Below, in pieces: positions 46,479 to 54,303 of a stretch of DNA of 64,000 bases (position 1 is the stretch's first letter; each line of letters opens with the position of its first letter). The DNA lies in the NCBI GenBank assembly GCA_963664725.1, contig OY761558.1, forward strand, positions 3,075,361 to 3,139,360. Reading direction: 5' to 3'. The notes under the pieces were generated by a model, which saw only the letters and a program-made list of their open reading frames with translations, ran no database searches and was not told where the DNA came from. Source of the DNA: Dehalococcoidia bacterium (GTDB lineage: Bacteria; Chloroflexota; Dehalococcoidia; Lucifugimonadales; UBA3495). Both the position numbers and the translations under genes were made by a program.

Positions 46479-47555
46479 CTAGAGCCTTCCCCTGATTTCT
46501 CGCTTCTTGAGCCACGCCGGATTGCGGTTCTTCTTCCGCTTCGGCAGTTTCGGCGGTTCCTGCGCCAGTGTGCGTTTGGGCCTCCCCATTTCGCAAGCGG
46601 CCAGCCGTTCAGTCTTTGCCGGTTCTACCATCCCCACCACCCTGACCGGCTTGTTGGCGGTGGGGTGGATTCGTGGCTTCGGTACTTCCTTTGCTTCCGC
46701 GACCGCTGCACCTTCCTTCACCACGTCCGCCCATTCCCCATAGGGACTCTTGACCTTGGCAGCCTCCGCCGGGGTGCGGTCATTTATGCTTTCGTGTTCC
46801 CGAAAGAGATTGTAGGTCAGTGTCCACCTGTCCAGGTAACGCTGTCCTGACTCCAGACTGTCCAGCCCCCGCAGGGTTTTGATTCGCTGGCGGTACGTCC
46901 CCTGCAGGCGTTTCGACAGGTTGTTGTTGACCTCCGCTCGCATGCCGTCGCTCTGGACGTGCTTCGTGTTGGGAAAGACCAGACTAACGGCGGCGGGATA
47001 GCTGGCGAGGCGGTCGGTCTTGATGGTCTTGGGGTGTTCGGTGGCCGCGGCTTCGGCCCTCTCCATCACGGTTTCGGCGGCCTTCATATTCCGCTGTTTG
47101 GACAGGTGAGAGGCCAGAATGTAGCGGGTCTTGGCGTCCATCACGTTCCATAGCCACATCTTTTCCCCGCCCACCTGAACCTGCAATTCGTCCGCCACCC
47201 ATTCGGGTCCGGTGGTGGCCCGATACTGCAGGTCCCGCATAGTGGCGCTGGCCTTGTCGGTGTAGTCGCAAACCCAATAGTAGATGATGGACTTGGAGGG
47301 TTCGGGAATATCGAAGGCGTCCGCCATCGCCTCGCCAATCTGTTTGTAGGACATTCCGCTGTAGAACAACCGCACGGCCATACCGATCTGCTCTGCCGGA
47401 ACCTGTCGGCCCTCTGGTGTCCCATCGGCCCGGAATTTCTTTTCACATCCCCGGCAGAGGTAGCGTTGATAGCCGTTGCGCCGTCCGATTTTGACAACCT
47501 GGGCGGAATCACATTCAGGGCAACGGACGCTGTAGGTGGTGGTGAACTCGGCCAT
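46479..47555 (-). CDS. Transposase with an N-terminal zinc ribbon and a DDE domain, IS6/IS1595-like
   Basis: CPECDSAQVVKIGRRNGYQRYLCRGCEKKF zinc ribbon, then ADELQVQVGGEKMWLWNVMDAKTRYILASHLSKQRNMKAA...IKTDRLASYPAA...NNNLSKRLQGTYRQRIKTLRG, which resembles IS6-type DDE transposases. Confidence 0.8.
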   Translation of the reverse strand: MAEFTTTYSVRCPECDSAQVVKIGRRNGYQRYLCRGCEKKFRADGTPEGRQVPAEQIGMAVRLFYSGMSYKQIGEAMADAFDIPEPSKSIIYYWVCDYTDKASATMRDLQYRATTGPEWVADELQVQVGGEKMWLWNVMDAKTRYILASHLSKQRNMKAAETVMERAEAAATEHPKTIKTDRLASYPAAVSLVFPNTKHVQSDGMRAEVNNNLSKRLQGTYRQRIKTLRGLDSLESGQRYLDRWTLTYNLFREHESINDRTPAEAAKVKSPYGEWADVVKEGAAVAEAKEVPKPRIHPTANKPVRVVGMVEPAKTERLAACEMGRPKRTLAQEPPKLPKRKKNRNPAWLKKREIRGRL

Positions 47556-47826
47556 TATACCCCCGGTAGAAATGCAGGATGAGGGGTTGTTCCCGGTTGC
47601 CCGGGAGACTGCTATCATTCTAGCAGAGTCCGATGTGCGTTATGACAAGCCCTATCGGACAAGGGGAGTGCAGTAGAGGGCACATAGGTCTGCCAAGACC
47701 GGCTTGGCAATCCCCTGAAAAGGGGAAACCCCGGCGCGCAAACACCGGGGCACGCATTTCCAGCGGTTAGGGGCCGCTGAATCAGCTGATACCCGGATTA
47801 TGACCGGGGTTCGCTTAAGATGTCAA

Positions 47827-47867
47827 CTGCCCCGCCGCTCAAAATTGAACGGCGGGGCAGTTTGTGT
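47827..47867 (+). terminator. Strong hairpin inside the transposon, immediately before ORF 47888
   Basis: CTGCCCCGCCG-12 nt-CGGCGGGGCAG followed by TTTGTGT. No obvious upstream + strand gene exists for it to terminate. Confidence 0.4.
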
Positions 47868-47887
47868 CCCGCCCTCTGAGGTACATA

Positions 47888-48274
47888 ATGAGTGATTTAA
47901 TAGCAAAAGTCCTTGAGTTCCTGGAGGACGTGGCCAGCGATATGGGCGGGGGACAGGGCAACTACCTTTTGGGAAGCGTCCTTCGCACCTGCCTCGCTAC
48001 CACTTGGGGTCAGGCCACATTGGGGATTCTACGCCGACAGACCTATCCATTGGGGCGTTGGGCCGTCAACTCTCCCGCCGTAGAGAAGTTGGCGGTCGTC
48101 TTTGGGATATGTTTCTTGGCAACTGCTGGCCACGAAATCCTGACGGGGATACCGACTCCCATCGGTATGCAGCTTGCCCTTGTGGGGGTCATAGTCTATA
48201 TGATCCTTGTGAGCCTCTACCGTACAGGTAAAACCCTGTGCTGGGTCAAATGGCGTCAGCGCCGTAACACCTAA
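47888..48274 (+). CDS. Hypothetical membrane protein (passenger)
   Basis: GAGGT RBS precedes ATG 47888. C-terminal hydrophobic helices (LAVVFGICFLATAG..., MQLALVGVIVYMILVSL). Confidence 0.4.
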   Translation: MSDLIAKVLEFLEDVASDMGGGQGNYLLGSVLRTCLATTWGQATLGILRRQTYPLGRWAVNSPAVEKLAVVFGICFLATAGHEILTGIPTPIGMQLALVGVIVYMILVSLYRTGKTLCWVKWRQRRNT

Positions 48275-48311
48275 CTCGAAGGGGGGCGCAATCCCCCCTT
48301 CGGCACTTCCA

Positions 48312-48701
48312 TCACTTCCGCCGAATCAATTCATACAGGCCCCGCAGGGTGAGCAGTCCTCCCACACCAATCGCTCCCAAGACGACCATTATCAGCCGCC
48401 GGGGATTATTCCATACATCCAGTGGGTCTCTCCAAAGATAAGACGCCGCCATGAGTACCGTCCCCGCGATGAGCAAACCCAAGCCGCAATAGAGAGTGAC
48501 CAACGAACCAGCCTTTCGCTCTCTTTTGAATTCTTCCTGCTGTTCTGCCACCAGTTGCGGATTATCCCGCCTCACATCAGCAATGAGTCTTTCAGCTTGG
48601 CCGGGGTCGTACCCGCTGATGACTAGTTCGTTGCGAATTTCATGGTCAGACTTGCCATCCCGGAATAGGTCGAGGATGTAGCCGGTAGGGTCGGATGTCA
48701 T
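48312..48701 (-). CDS. Hypothetical protein with a soluble N-domain and two C-terminal TM helices (passenger)
   Basis: GGAGG RBS precedes ATG 48701. Sequence: MTSDPTGYILDLFRDGKSDHEIRNELVISGYDPGQAERLIADV... followed by two hydrophobic helices. Confidence 0.45.
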   Translation of the reverse strand: MTSDPTGYILDLFRDGKSDHEIRNELVISGYDPGQAERLIADVRRDNPQLVAEQQEEFKRERKAGSLVTLYCGLGLLIAGTVLMAASYLWRDPLDVWNNPRRLIMVVLGAIGVGGLLTLRGLYELIRRK

Positions 48702-48767
48702 AAAGGAACCTCCGTGAAATTGGGCATTGGGGGGCAAACGCACTTGCCCCCCCTTTGGGCTATGGGT

Positions 48768-49136
48768 TCAGAGCGGCAGTATTCGGGTGAAGAACGTCAC
48801 CAAAGGCCTAAGGATTAGGGAATTGGACGGGTAGTTCAGAACGTCAACGTAAACGTACAGACAGGCCCGGAGCGTCACCACCGAAACCACAGCAAAAACA
48901 ATCAGCCGGAAGGAGCGGTGCAGCCAATTGACCGCACCAAATACTCCAACAAGAATCCCTCCCGCCGTGAAGAGAATCCCAAGGGCGGCGGGAAGCAAGA
49001 ATACAAAGGTGATTCTCTGGCCGAAGATAAACCACAAGGCGAGTGAGACGCCCGTAGTTCCGACCAGAATGGCAATGCCGATGAAGAACAACCCCATACC
49101 GGGGTCGTCTGCAGATTGACGTGCAGGCGTACTCAT
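48768..49136 (-). CDS. Hypothetical four-helix membrane protein (passenger)
   Basis: GGGAGA RBS. Consecutive hydrophobic segments run through the 122 aa. Confidence 0.45.
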   Translation of the reverse strand: MSTPARQSADDPGMGLFFIGIAILVGTTGVSLALWFIFGQRITFVFLLPAALGILFTAGGILVGVFGAVNWLHRSFRLIVFAVVSVVTLRACLYVYVDVLNYPSNSLILRPLVTFFTRILPL

Positions 49137-49513
49137 TCCATATCTCCCAAGGCGTATTCGTGTGACCGACTTCGTAGCCGTACCAGGGCACGACTAATGA
49201 GCTAAATGGTCAGGCGAATAGACAAGGGATGGGGAACAGGGAATAGCGCACAGGGGCGGAATGGAACTGGGGAAAAGCGAGGTAGAGGACGGCTGTGGCC
49301 TTGGCTGTAACCAACGTAAGAAAGGCAGGGTGAAAACGCATACAGGAACCCCCACGCAGGAAAGGAATGTTGGCACCTGCGACAGCAACCGACAAACCCC
49401 AATGGGCCACGTGGGGGCACGAAGCCCCAACGTTCCATTACTGTTAAGACCCCTTGGAGAAAGGTGTTGCTGTCGCAGACCGTAGTATGCGTAAATGATG
49501 TTATATTGTCAAA

Positions 49514-49552
49514 GGCCCTCTAAATTTCCATACCCCAATTTAGAACGGAACC
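49514..49552. repeat. Right terminal inverted repeat GGCCCTCTAAATTTCCATACCCCAATTTAGAACGGAACC
   Basis: Read directly from the sequence. There is one mismatch to the reverse complement of IR-L. Confidence 0.9.
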
Positions 49553-49567
49553 AGCGCAATTTATTCC

Positions 49568-49596
49568 TTGACACCCCATCTAGCCCCTCATACAAT
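49568..49596 (+). promoter_or_regulatory. Near-consensus sigma-70 promoter for the SMP-30 gene, 8 nt from the transposon end
   Basis: TTGACA (49568-49573), 17-nt spacer, TACAAT (49591-49596). ATG 49613 follows about 10 nt after the predicted transcription start with no obvious RBS, suggesting a short-leader or leaderless mRNA. Confidence 0.5.
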
Positions 49597-49612
49597 CCCA
49601 CCCATCACACAA

Positions 49613-50545
49613 ATGGGAGTATCAACGTTGACCTGGGAATTTCAACGGGTTGCCGGTACCTACGGGAGCCCTGCAGATGGGCCGGTGTGGGATGGGGCGG
49701 CCTTGCTCTTTACTCAGCTCACCTATCCTTTTAACGCAGCCAATAACAGAATCCTCAGTTACGACCCGTCCACCGGGGCAGTTTCGGATTTCCGGCGGTG
49801 GACCAACCGCACCTGCGGGCTTGCTTTCTCCCAGTCGGGCGTTCTGTACGGGGCCCAGAGCGGCGGGCGCAGGCTGGTGCGGTTCAACGCCGACGGCAGC
49901 ACGTCACCCCTGGCCCACAAGCTCGATGGCGTCTACCACAACCAACCCAAAGACCTGGCGGTGGACAGCCGCGACCGCATCTGGTTCTGCGATCCCCACG
50001 GGGACCTGCGTGAGGCGATGAATCCCCAGATTCACGACAAACTGGACCACGCTTCGGTGTTGCGTCTGGAGGCGCCAACCCTGGACGCACCCATTACCCG
50101 CATCACCTATGACACCGATGCCCCCGCTGCCTTGCTCCTGTCTGCCGACGAGTCCACACTGTACGTGGCGGAAACCAGTGAGGAACCTGACGGGACTCGG
50201 GAGTTGCGGGCTTATCCTATTTTGGATACGGGAGCTTTGGGCCCATATCGCCTCCTACACACCTTTGGCGGGGATGGTGGCGGCAGCCGAGCATGCTCCC
50301 ACCGGGGCATCTACGGGATGTGCCTGGACCAGGAAGGCAACATTGTGGCGGTGGCCGGAGGTAAGGAAGCCGGACCCGGCCCTATGGCCTACGTAATCAC
50401 CCCGCAAGGGCGTATTATCCAGACCCATCCCTTGCCTGAGACGCCAACCAACTGCGCCTTCGGCGGCCCCAGTCTTGAGGACCTTTACGTGACGACCACT
50501 GACGGCAGCCTGTTCCGAGCTTTGGGAGTTGGTACCAGCACATAG
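49613..50545 (+). CDS. SMP-30/gluconolactonase/LRE-family protein
   Basis: Beta-propeller lactonase-like motifs (GPVWDG..., NQPKDLAVDSRDRIWFCDP, PTNCAFGGPSLEDLYVTT). The track start TTG 49568 coincides with the -35 box and is rejected. Confidence 0.85.
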   Translation: MGVSTLTWEFQRVAGTYGSPADGPVWDGAALLFTQLTYPFNAANNRILSYDPSTGAVSDFRRWTNRTCGLAFSQSGVLYGAQSGGRRLVRFNADGSTSPLAHKLDGVYHNQPKDLAVDSRDRIWFCDPHGDLREAMNPQIHDKLDHASVLRLEAPTLDAPITRITYDTDAPAALLLSADESTLYVAETSEEPDGTRELRAYPILDTGALGPYRLLHTFGGDGGGSRACSHRGIYGMCLDQEGNIVAVAGGKEAGPGPMAYVITPQGRIIQTHPLPETPTNCAFGGPSLEDLYVTTTDGSLFRALGVGTST

Positions 50546-50617
50546 TGCCCGTTCCCCAGTCAGGATTGCTGCGAATAAGACGAACCTGTATTCAACATTA
50601 CGCGACAAGGAGAACTC

Positions 50618-51469
50618 ATGGTTTCCGGACCAACTGCACCCAATATGGAAGAGACAATTGCCCTGCTCCGCTCCGAATCCGCCGCGCTGGCCGAGTTTCT
50701 GGCCGGCCTGGACACGGAAGGCTGGGGACGGCAGAGCGCCTGCGACGCCTGGACGGTTGCGGACGCGGCAGCCCACATTGCCCAGGGATCCCAGGGTTCC
50801 TCGCTCTCCCTTACCCGCGCCCGAAACGATGAACCGGGTCCACCGGAGGGACAGCGGTTACTGGACGTCGGGGACCGGGCCTCCGCACCCACTGCCGAAC
50901 GGGCCATCGCCTTCAGCACCGGGAAGGACGCCTCGGAACTGCTGCAGGCCTACCGGGACGGGGCGGACCTGCTGGTCCAGACAGTCACGGAGTTGCAGCC
51001 TGAGGACTGGGAGAAGCCCTCATTCCACCGTCGGGGCATTATCCCCGTTCACGAAAACGTCACCCGCCGCATCCAGGAAATAGCCATCCATGGCTGGGAT
51101 ATTCGTTCTGCCTTCGACCCGGCTGCGGAGATTTCCGAGGCTGGCGCCCAGGAGATAGCCACCGTGGCTCACCGCTGGCTGGGCGTCTGCTTCGTGCCCC
51201 TGGAGGGCGGGGCCAACGCCCGCTTCCGGTTTGATGTCGCGGGTCCCAACGCCTTCAAGGAGGACGTGGTGCTGGAAGGCGACGCATTCCGCATTGAGCC
51301 AGCAGGTGACTCCGTCCCCGATGTCACCTTCCGGGCCAACACCAGCGCTTATGTGCTGCTGGTTTACGGTCGGCTGGACATTAGCTCCGGTTCCACGCCG
51401 GTGCAACTGGAGATCGACGGTCCATTGGAAAAGGCGCTACTGTTCACCCAGAGCTTCCAGGGGTACTAG
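50618..51469 (+). CDS. DinB/maleylpyruvate-isomerase-N-terminal (TIGR03083-like) family protein
   Basis: LRSESAALAEFLAGLDTEGWGRQSACDAWTVADAAAHI is typical of the mycothiol-dependent-enzyme/DinB superfamily. AAGGAG RBS. Confidence 0.75.
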   Translation: MVSGPTAPNMEETIALLRSESAALAEFLAGLDTEGWGRQSACDAWTVADAAAHIAQGSQGSSLSLTRARNDEPGPPEGQRLLDVGDRASAPTAERAIAFSTGKDASELLQAYRDGADLLVQTVTELQPEDWEKPSFHRRGIIPVHENVTRRIQEIAIHGWDIRSAFDPAAEISEAGAQEIATVAHRWLGVCFVPLEGGANARFRFDVAGPNAFKEDVVLEGDAFRIEPAGDSVPDVTFRANTSAYVLLVYGRLDISSGSTPVQLEIDGPLEKALLFTQSFQGY

Positions 51470-51616
51470 TCGACCCGAAGGTAGTTGCTTCCCCCTTGGA
51501 CGGTGAACGATTCGAATTGGGGGGGACGGCAAGCCATAGCGTGTCTTTATACAAAGAGACGAAGAGGCCGGGATGGAAGTCCCGGCCTTGTTGTTTCTAC
51601 CCGGTTGATGCTGAAA

Positions 51617-52309
51617 CTACCCGGTTGCCCAGTCCACGCCGTTGAGGACGATCTTCTGAAACTCGGGGGTTTCGAAGCTGCGGCCGTCGTGGCCGAGGAG
51701 CAGGACGAAGACCTTGCCGTCGCCGTAGGTGCGGGTCCAGGCCAGGGGATAGGTTCCGCCAGCCATGAAGGTGGGCGCCCGGTCCGGTCCCCAGGGCCAG
51801 GTGCCCTCTTCGGAATCGCCGGTGAGGAAAATGTCGTTGCCGTCGCCGTAGGCAAGGCCCATGTAGAGTTCGTCGTTAGTCGAAAAGTCGGAGACACCCT
51901 GGACGCCGGGGTGGCTGGGCTGGCTAACGTTGACGGTGAATTCGCCATAGGGCGGGTGGTAACTGGTCCCAGTGATCCAGCCGCCGCCGGTTATTTCGTG
52001 GTATTCGGGCCAGGTTTTGGAAAGGCAGGTGGAAATGTGGATGCACACAAAGCCCTTGCCGGACTTGATGTAGTTTGCCATACCTTCCTTCTCGGCCTCA
52101 CCCAATGCCCAGTCACCGAAGTCGGGAATGTTCTCGCGGCGGGTGTTGAAGACTAGCGCATCAAAGGTATTCATCTCGTCTGCGTTGGCCAGCACCGAGG
52201 CGTCCTCGGTGACGGTCACGTCGTGGCCTGCCGCATTGAGAAAGCTATTGAGAACAGGAGTAGATTCCTCGTAGGGGTGACGTCCCCCGCTAATCACCAG
52301 TAACTTCAC
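51617..52309 (-). CDS. ThuA-domain protein
   Basis: MKLLVISGGRHPYEES...FDALVFNTRR...GFVCIHIS is a ThuA-like class-I glutamine amidotransferase-like fold pattern. Confidence 0.8.
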   Translation of the reverse strand: MKLLVISGGRHPYEESTPVLNSFLNAAGHDVTVTEDASVLANADEMNTFDALVFNTRRENIPDFGDWALGEAEKEGMANYIKSGKGFVCIHISTCLSKTWPEYHEITGGGWITGTSYHPPYGEFTVNVSQPSHPGVQGVSDFSTNDELYMGLAYGDGNDIFLTGDSEEGTWPWGPDRAPTFMAGGTYPLAWTRTYGDGKVFVLLLGHDGRSFETPEFQKIVLNGVDWATG

Positions 52310-52391
52310 TGAATCATACCTCCGGTAATGTAATTGGTGGTCCCTCTAATGGTTGGCCCATTATACAACAGCGGTTGTCGACAAGTGAGGG

Positions 52392-53504
52392 TTACCCCAT
52401 CACCCTCCGGAAGAAGTCCAACGCATTGCCCCCCACAATCTTCAGAATATCTTCGTCAGAGTGGCCCCGACTGACCAGGCCGCGAATAATGTTCTGGCCG
52501 TCGGCAGGGGATTCCAGGCCGTCCAGGTATGGGGCGGGCAGGTCATCGTAGGAGCGGTTCAGGACGTAGTGGTGGAAGTCCACGTGGTCGCCCACGTTGG
52601 TGTCGGTGCCGATGGCCACGTGGTCCACGCCCACCAGGTTGACCATATAGTCGTAGTGGTCCAGTACGCAGTTGATGTCCTGTTTTGGGTCGTCGCTCAG
52701 GGAGTTGGGCACGGCAGTGATGGCGATCAGGCCGCCCTTGCGAGCGCAGGCGACCAGTTCCTCGTCGCGGCGGGTGCGGGTGGTGGGCCGCAAGGTATAG
52801 GAGGCGTTGTGGCTGAAGGTAATGGGCGCCTCGGAAAACTCGATGGCGTCCATGGCGGTGGGAATTGAGGCGTGGGAGACGTCGATGCACATGCCAAGCT
52901 GGTTCATGCGCTTCACCACTTCCACGCCGAACTCGCTAAGGCCGCCGGCGTTACGCTCGTTCTGTCCGTCGCCGATGTAGTTCTTGCGGTTATAGGTCAG
53001 TCCGGCCAGGCGCACACCGGCGCTGTAGAGAATGTCCAGGCGGTTGATATCCTTGCCGATGGCCAGGTGCTCCAGGGTGGGCATGAAGCCGACCTTGCCC
53101 TGCTGCCGGGCGGCCTCGATTTCGGCGGCATTAGTTACCTTGACCACGTCTTCCTGCCGATCCACGTCGGACAGCATCAACCCCACTTCAGTAAGAATGT
53201 CGTCGAACTCGGCAAAGGACATATCAGGGTTGTTGACGAGACACCGGAACATGTTGGCGGTGGTGACGGCGGTCCACCCGCCTTGCCGGACAGCTTGGTA
53301 TCCCCAGCCATAGATGTTGGTGCGCAGGTATTCGGTGAGGCGGCCGACGTCCTCGGGAAGGATCATGGGGTGCTGGTGGACGTCGATCATGACCGCTTCT
53401 TCCGCCAGGCGCTGGAAGCTGAGTTCCTGGGCGGCGTCCAGGGGGACCCGGCTGGACGGGACGCGGTCTAGTTCCCTGGCAAGGGGTATGGCTGGAGTTG
53501 TCAT
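52392..53504 (-). CDS. Membrane (renal-type) dipeptidase, peptidase family M19
   Basis: IDVHQHP..., LAGLTYNRKNYIGDG, MCIDVSHAS, FSHNASY motifs. AAGGAG RBS precedes ATG 53504. Confidence 0.88.
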   Translation of the reverse strand: MTTPAIPLARELDRVPSSRVPLDAAQELSFQRLAEEAVMIDVHQHPMILPEDVGRLTEYLRTNIYGWGYQAVRQGGWTAVTTANMFRCLVNNPDMSFAEFDDILTEVGLMLSDVDRQEDVVKVTNAAEIEAARQQGKVGFMPTLEHLAIGKDINRLDILYSAGVRLAGLTYNRKNYIGDGQNERNAGGLSEFGVEVVKRMNQLGMCIDVSHASIPTAMDAIEFSEAPITFSHNASYTLRPTTRTRRDEELVACARKGGLIAITAVPNSLSDDPKQDINCVLDHYDYMVNLVGVDHVAIGTDTNVGDHVDFHHYVLNRSYDDLPAPYLDGLESPADGQNIIRGLVSRGHSDEDILKIVGGNALDFFRRVMG

Positions 53505-53621
53505 TGTCGACTCCTTTGCGTGCGCGCCAATGGTTTGAGAATGGAAGGTTAATACCACATTAGTGATTGGCGAGCAATCCCCCTGGCCGGCGTAACCGTT
53601 CCGAGTCGTTGACCCGTCAAT

Positions 53622-53819
53622 GGGGCAGATACCCAGGTCTGCCCCTACGGTTGGACTCCACGGTCAAGGCGGCCACAAGGGCCGCCCCTACGAAGGGTCT
53701 GTCGAGGCCAGGGCAGGCACATAGGTCTGCCCCTACGGTTGGACTCCCCGGGCAAGGCGGCCACAAGGGCCGCCCCTACGTTGACCTGTAAAGGCCAGGG
53801 CAGACACATGGGTCTGCCC
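53622..53819. repeat. Tandem composite palindromic repeats: two full ~89-bp units and one partial unit
   Basis: Each unit is hairpin A GGGCAG(A/G)C-N6-GTCTGCCC + CTACGG, followed by hairpin B GGCGGCC-ACAAG-GGCCGCC + CCTACG. A copies lie at 53623-53645, 53711-53733 and 53798-53819. B copies lie at 53668-53686 and 53756-53774. Confidence 0.85.
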
Positions 53820-53849
53820 CTGCGGTGGGGGTTTTGCCATCGTTCGGTC

Positions 53850-54245
53850 TTATGACATGGCAAACCAGCGGGCCCAGAGGAGGGACAGGTCGGGTTTGGG
53901 CTTGGGTGGGGGGAGTTCCCGCATTAGCAGGCGGTCGTATTTTGTCTCCCACGCCCAGGGGAGCAAGGCCAGCAGCATGCGCCGGGGTTCGGGGATGTCT
54001 CCCTTCTCCCTGATTTTGTCCAGGTAGTTGTGCAGGTGCATCCAGGTGGTGAGGCGGAATCCTTTGTCGGCGATCTTGCGGATTACCTCCAATGGTTTGG
54101 GTGGTTCCTGCCGGTCTCCGACGGCGCGGGCGTAGTCGTTGTAGACCTGTTCGGTAACGCGGCGCATGCGGTAGATGGTGAGTTGGCGGTGGTATTTGCG
54201 CTGGAGGGCGCGGATTTCTTTTCTGATTTCGCTGAGGGTTCGCAT
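53850..54245 (-). CDS. Hypothetical 131-aa protein embedded between repeat blocks
   Basis: AAGGAGAAAG RBS precedes ATG 54245. MRTLSEIRKEIRALQRKYHRQLTIYRMRRV...; basic and helical by composition. No family was recognised. The longer track ORF (to 54410) runs into repeat sequence. Confidence 0.5.
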   Translation of the reverse strand: MRTLSEIRKEIRALQRKYHRQLTIYRMRRVTEQVYNDYARAVGDRQEPPKPLEVIRKIADKGFRLTTWMHLHNYLDKIREKGDIPEPRRMLLALLPWAWETKYDRLLMRELPPPKPKPDLSLLWARWFAMS

Positions 54246-54270
54246 GGTTGTCTTTCTCCTTTTGTTTATC

Positions 54271-54300
54271 CACGAAGGGGCACGAAGGGGCACGAAGGTG
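54271..54300 (-). repeat. Three consecutive 10-bp direct repeats (CACGAAGGGG x2, CACGAAGGTG) in the upstream region of the 131-aa ORF
   Basis: Read directly from the sequence. They lie 26-55 nt upstream of ATG 54245 on the minus strand. Confidence 0.85.
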
Positions 54301-54303
54301 GGA

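Larger units (their letters stand above)
44692..49552. mobile_element. 4,861-bp transposon with 39-bp terminal inverted repeats, an 8-bp target-site duplication, one IS6/IS1595-like transposase and seven passenger ORFs
   Basis: IR-L 44692-44730 and IR-R 49514-49552 are reverse complements at 38 of 39 positions. Both are flanked externally by the direct repeat AGCGCAAT (44684-44691 and 49553-49560). A Zn-ribbon + DDE transposase gene lies inside. Confidence 0.85.

Noticed and set aside
46046-47690. Possible shorter nested IS defined by the 8-nt match CTCTACTG (about 46046) / CAGTAGAG (about 47672).
   Set aside because: Only 8 nt are complementary, with no flanking direct repeats. The 39-bp outer IRs with their 8-bp duplication explain the element much better.
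49194-49485. ORFs 49194..49430, 49202..49438 and 49210..49410 (all minus strand) and 49261..49485 (plus strand), in the right arm of the transposon.
   Set aside because: Three frames of the same strand are open simultaneously, and none has an RBS or a plausible composition. The region is treated as non-coding transposon sequence of unknown function.
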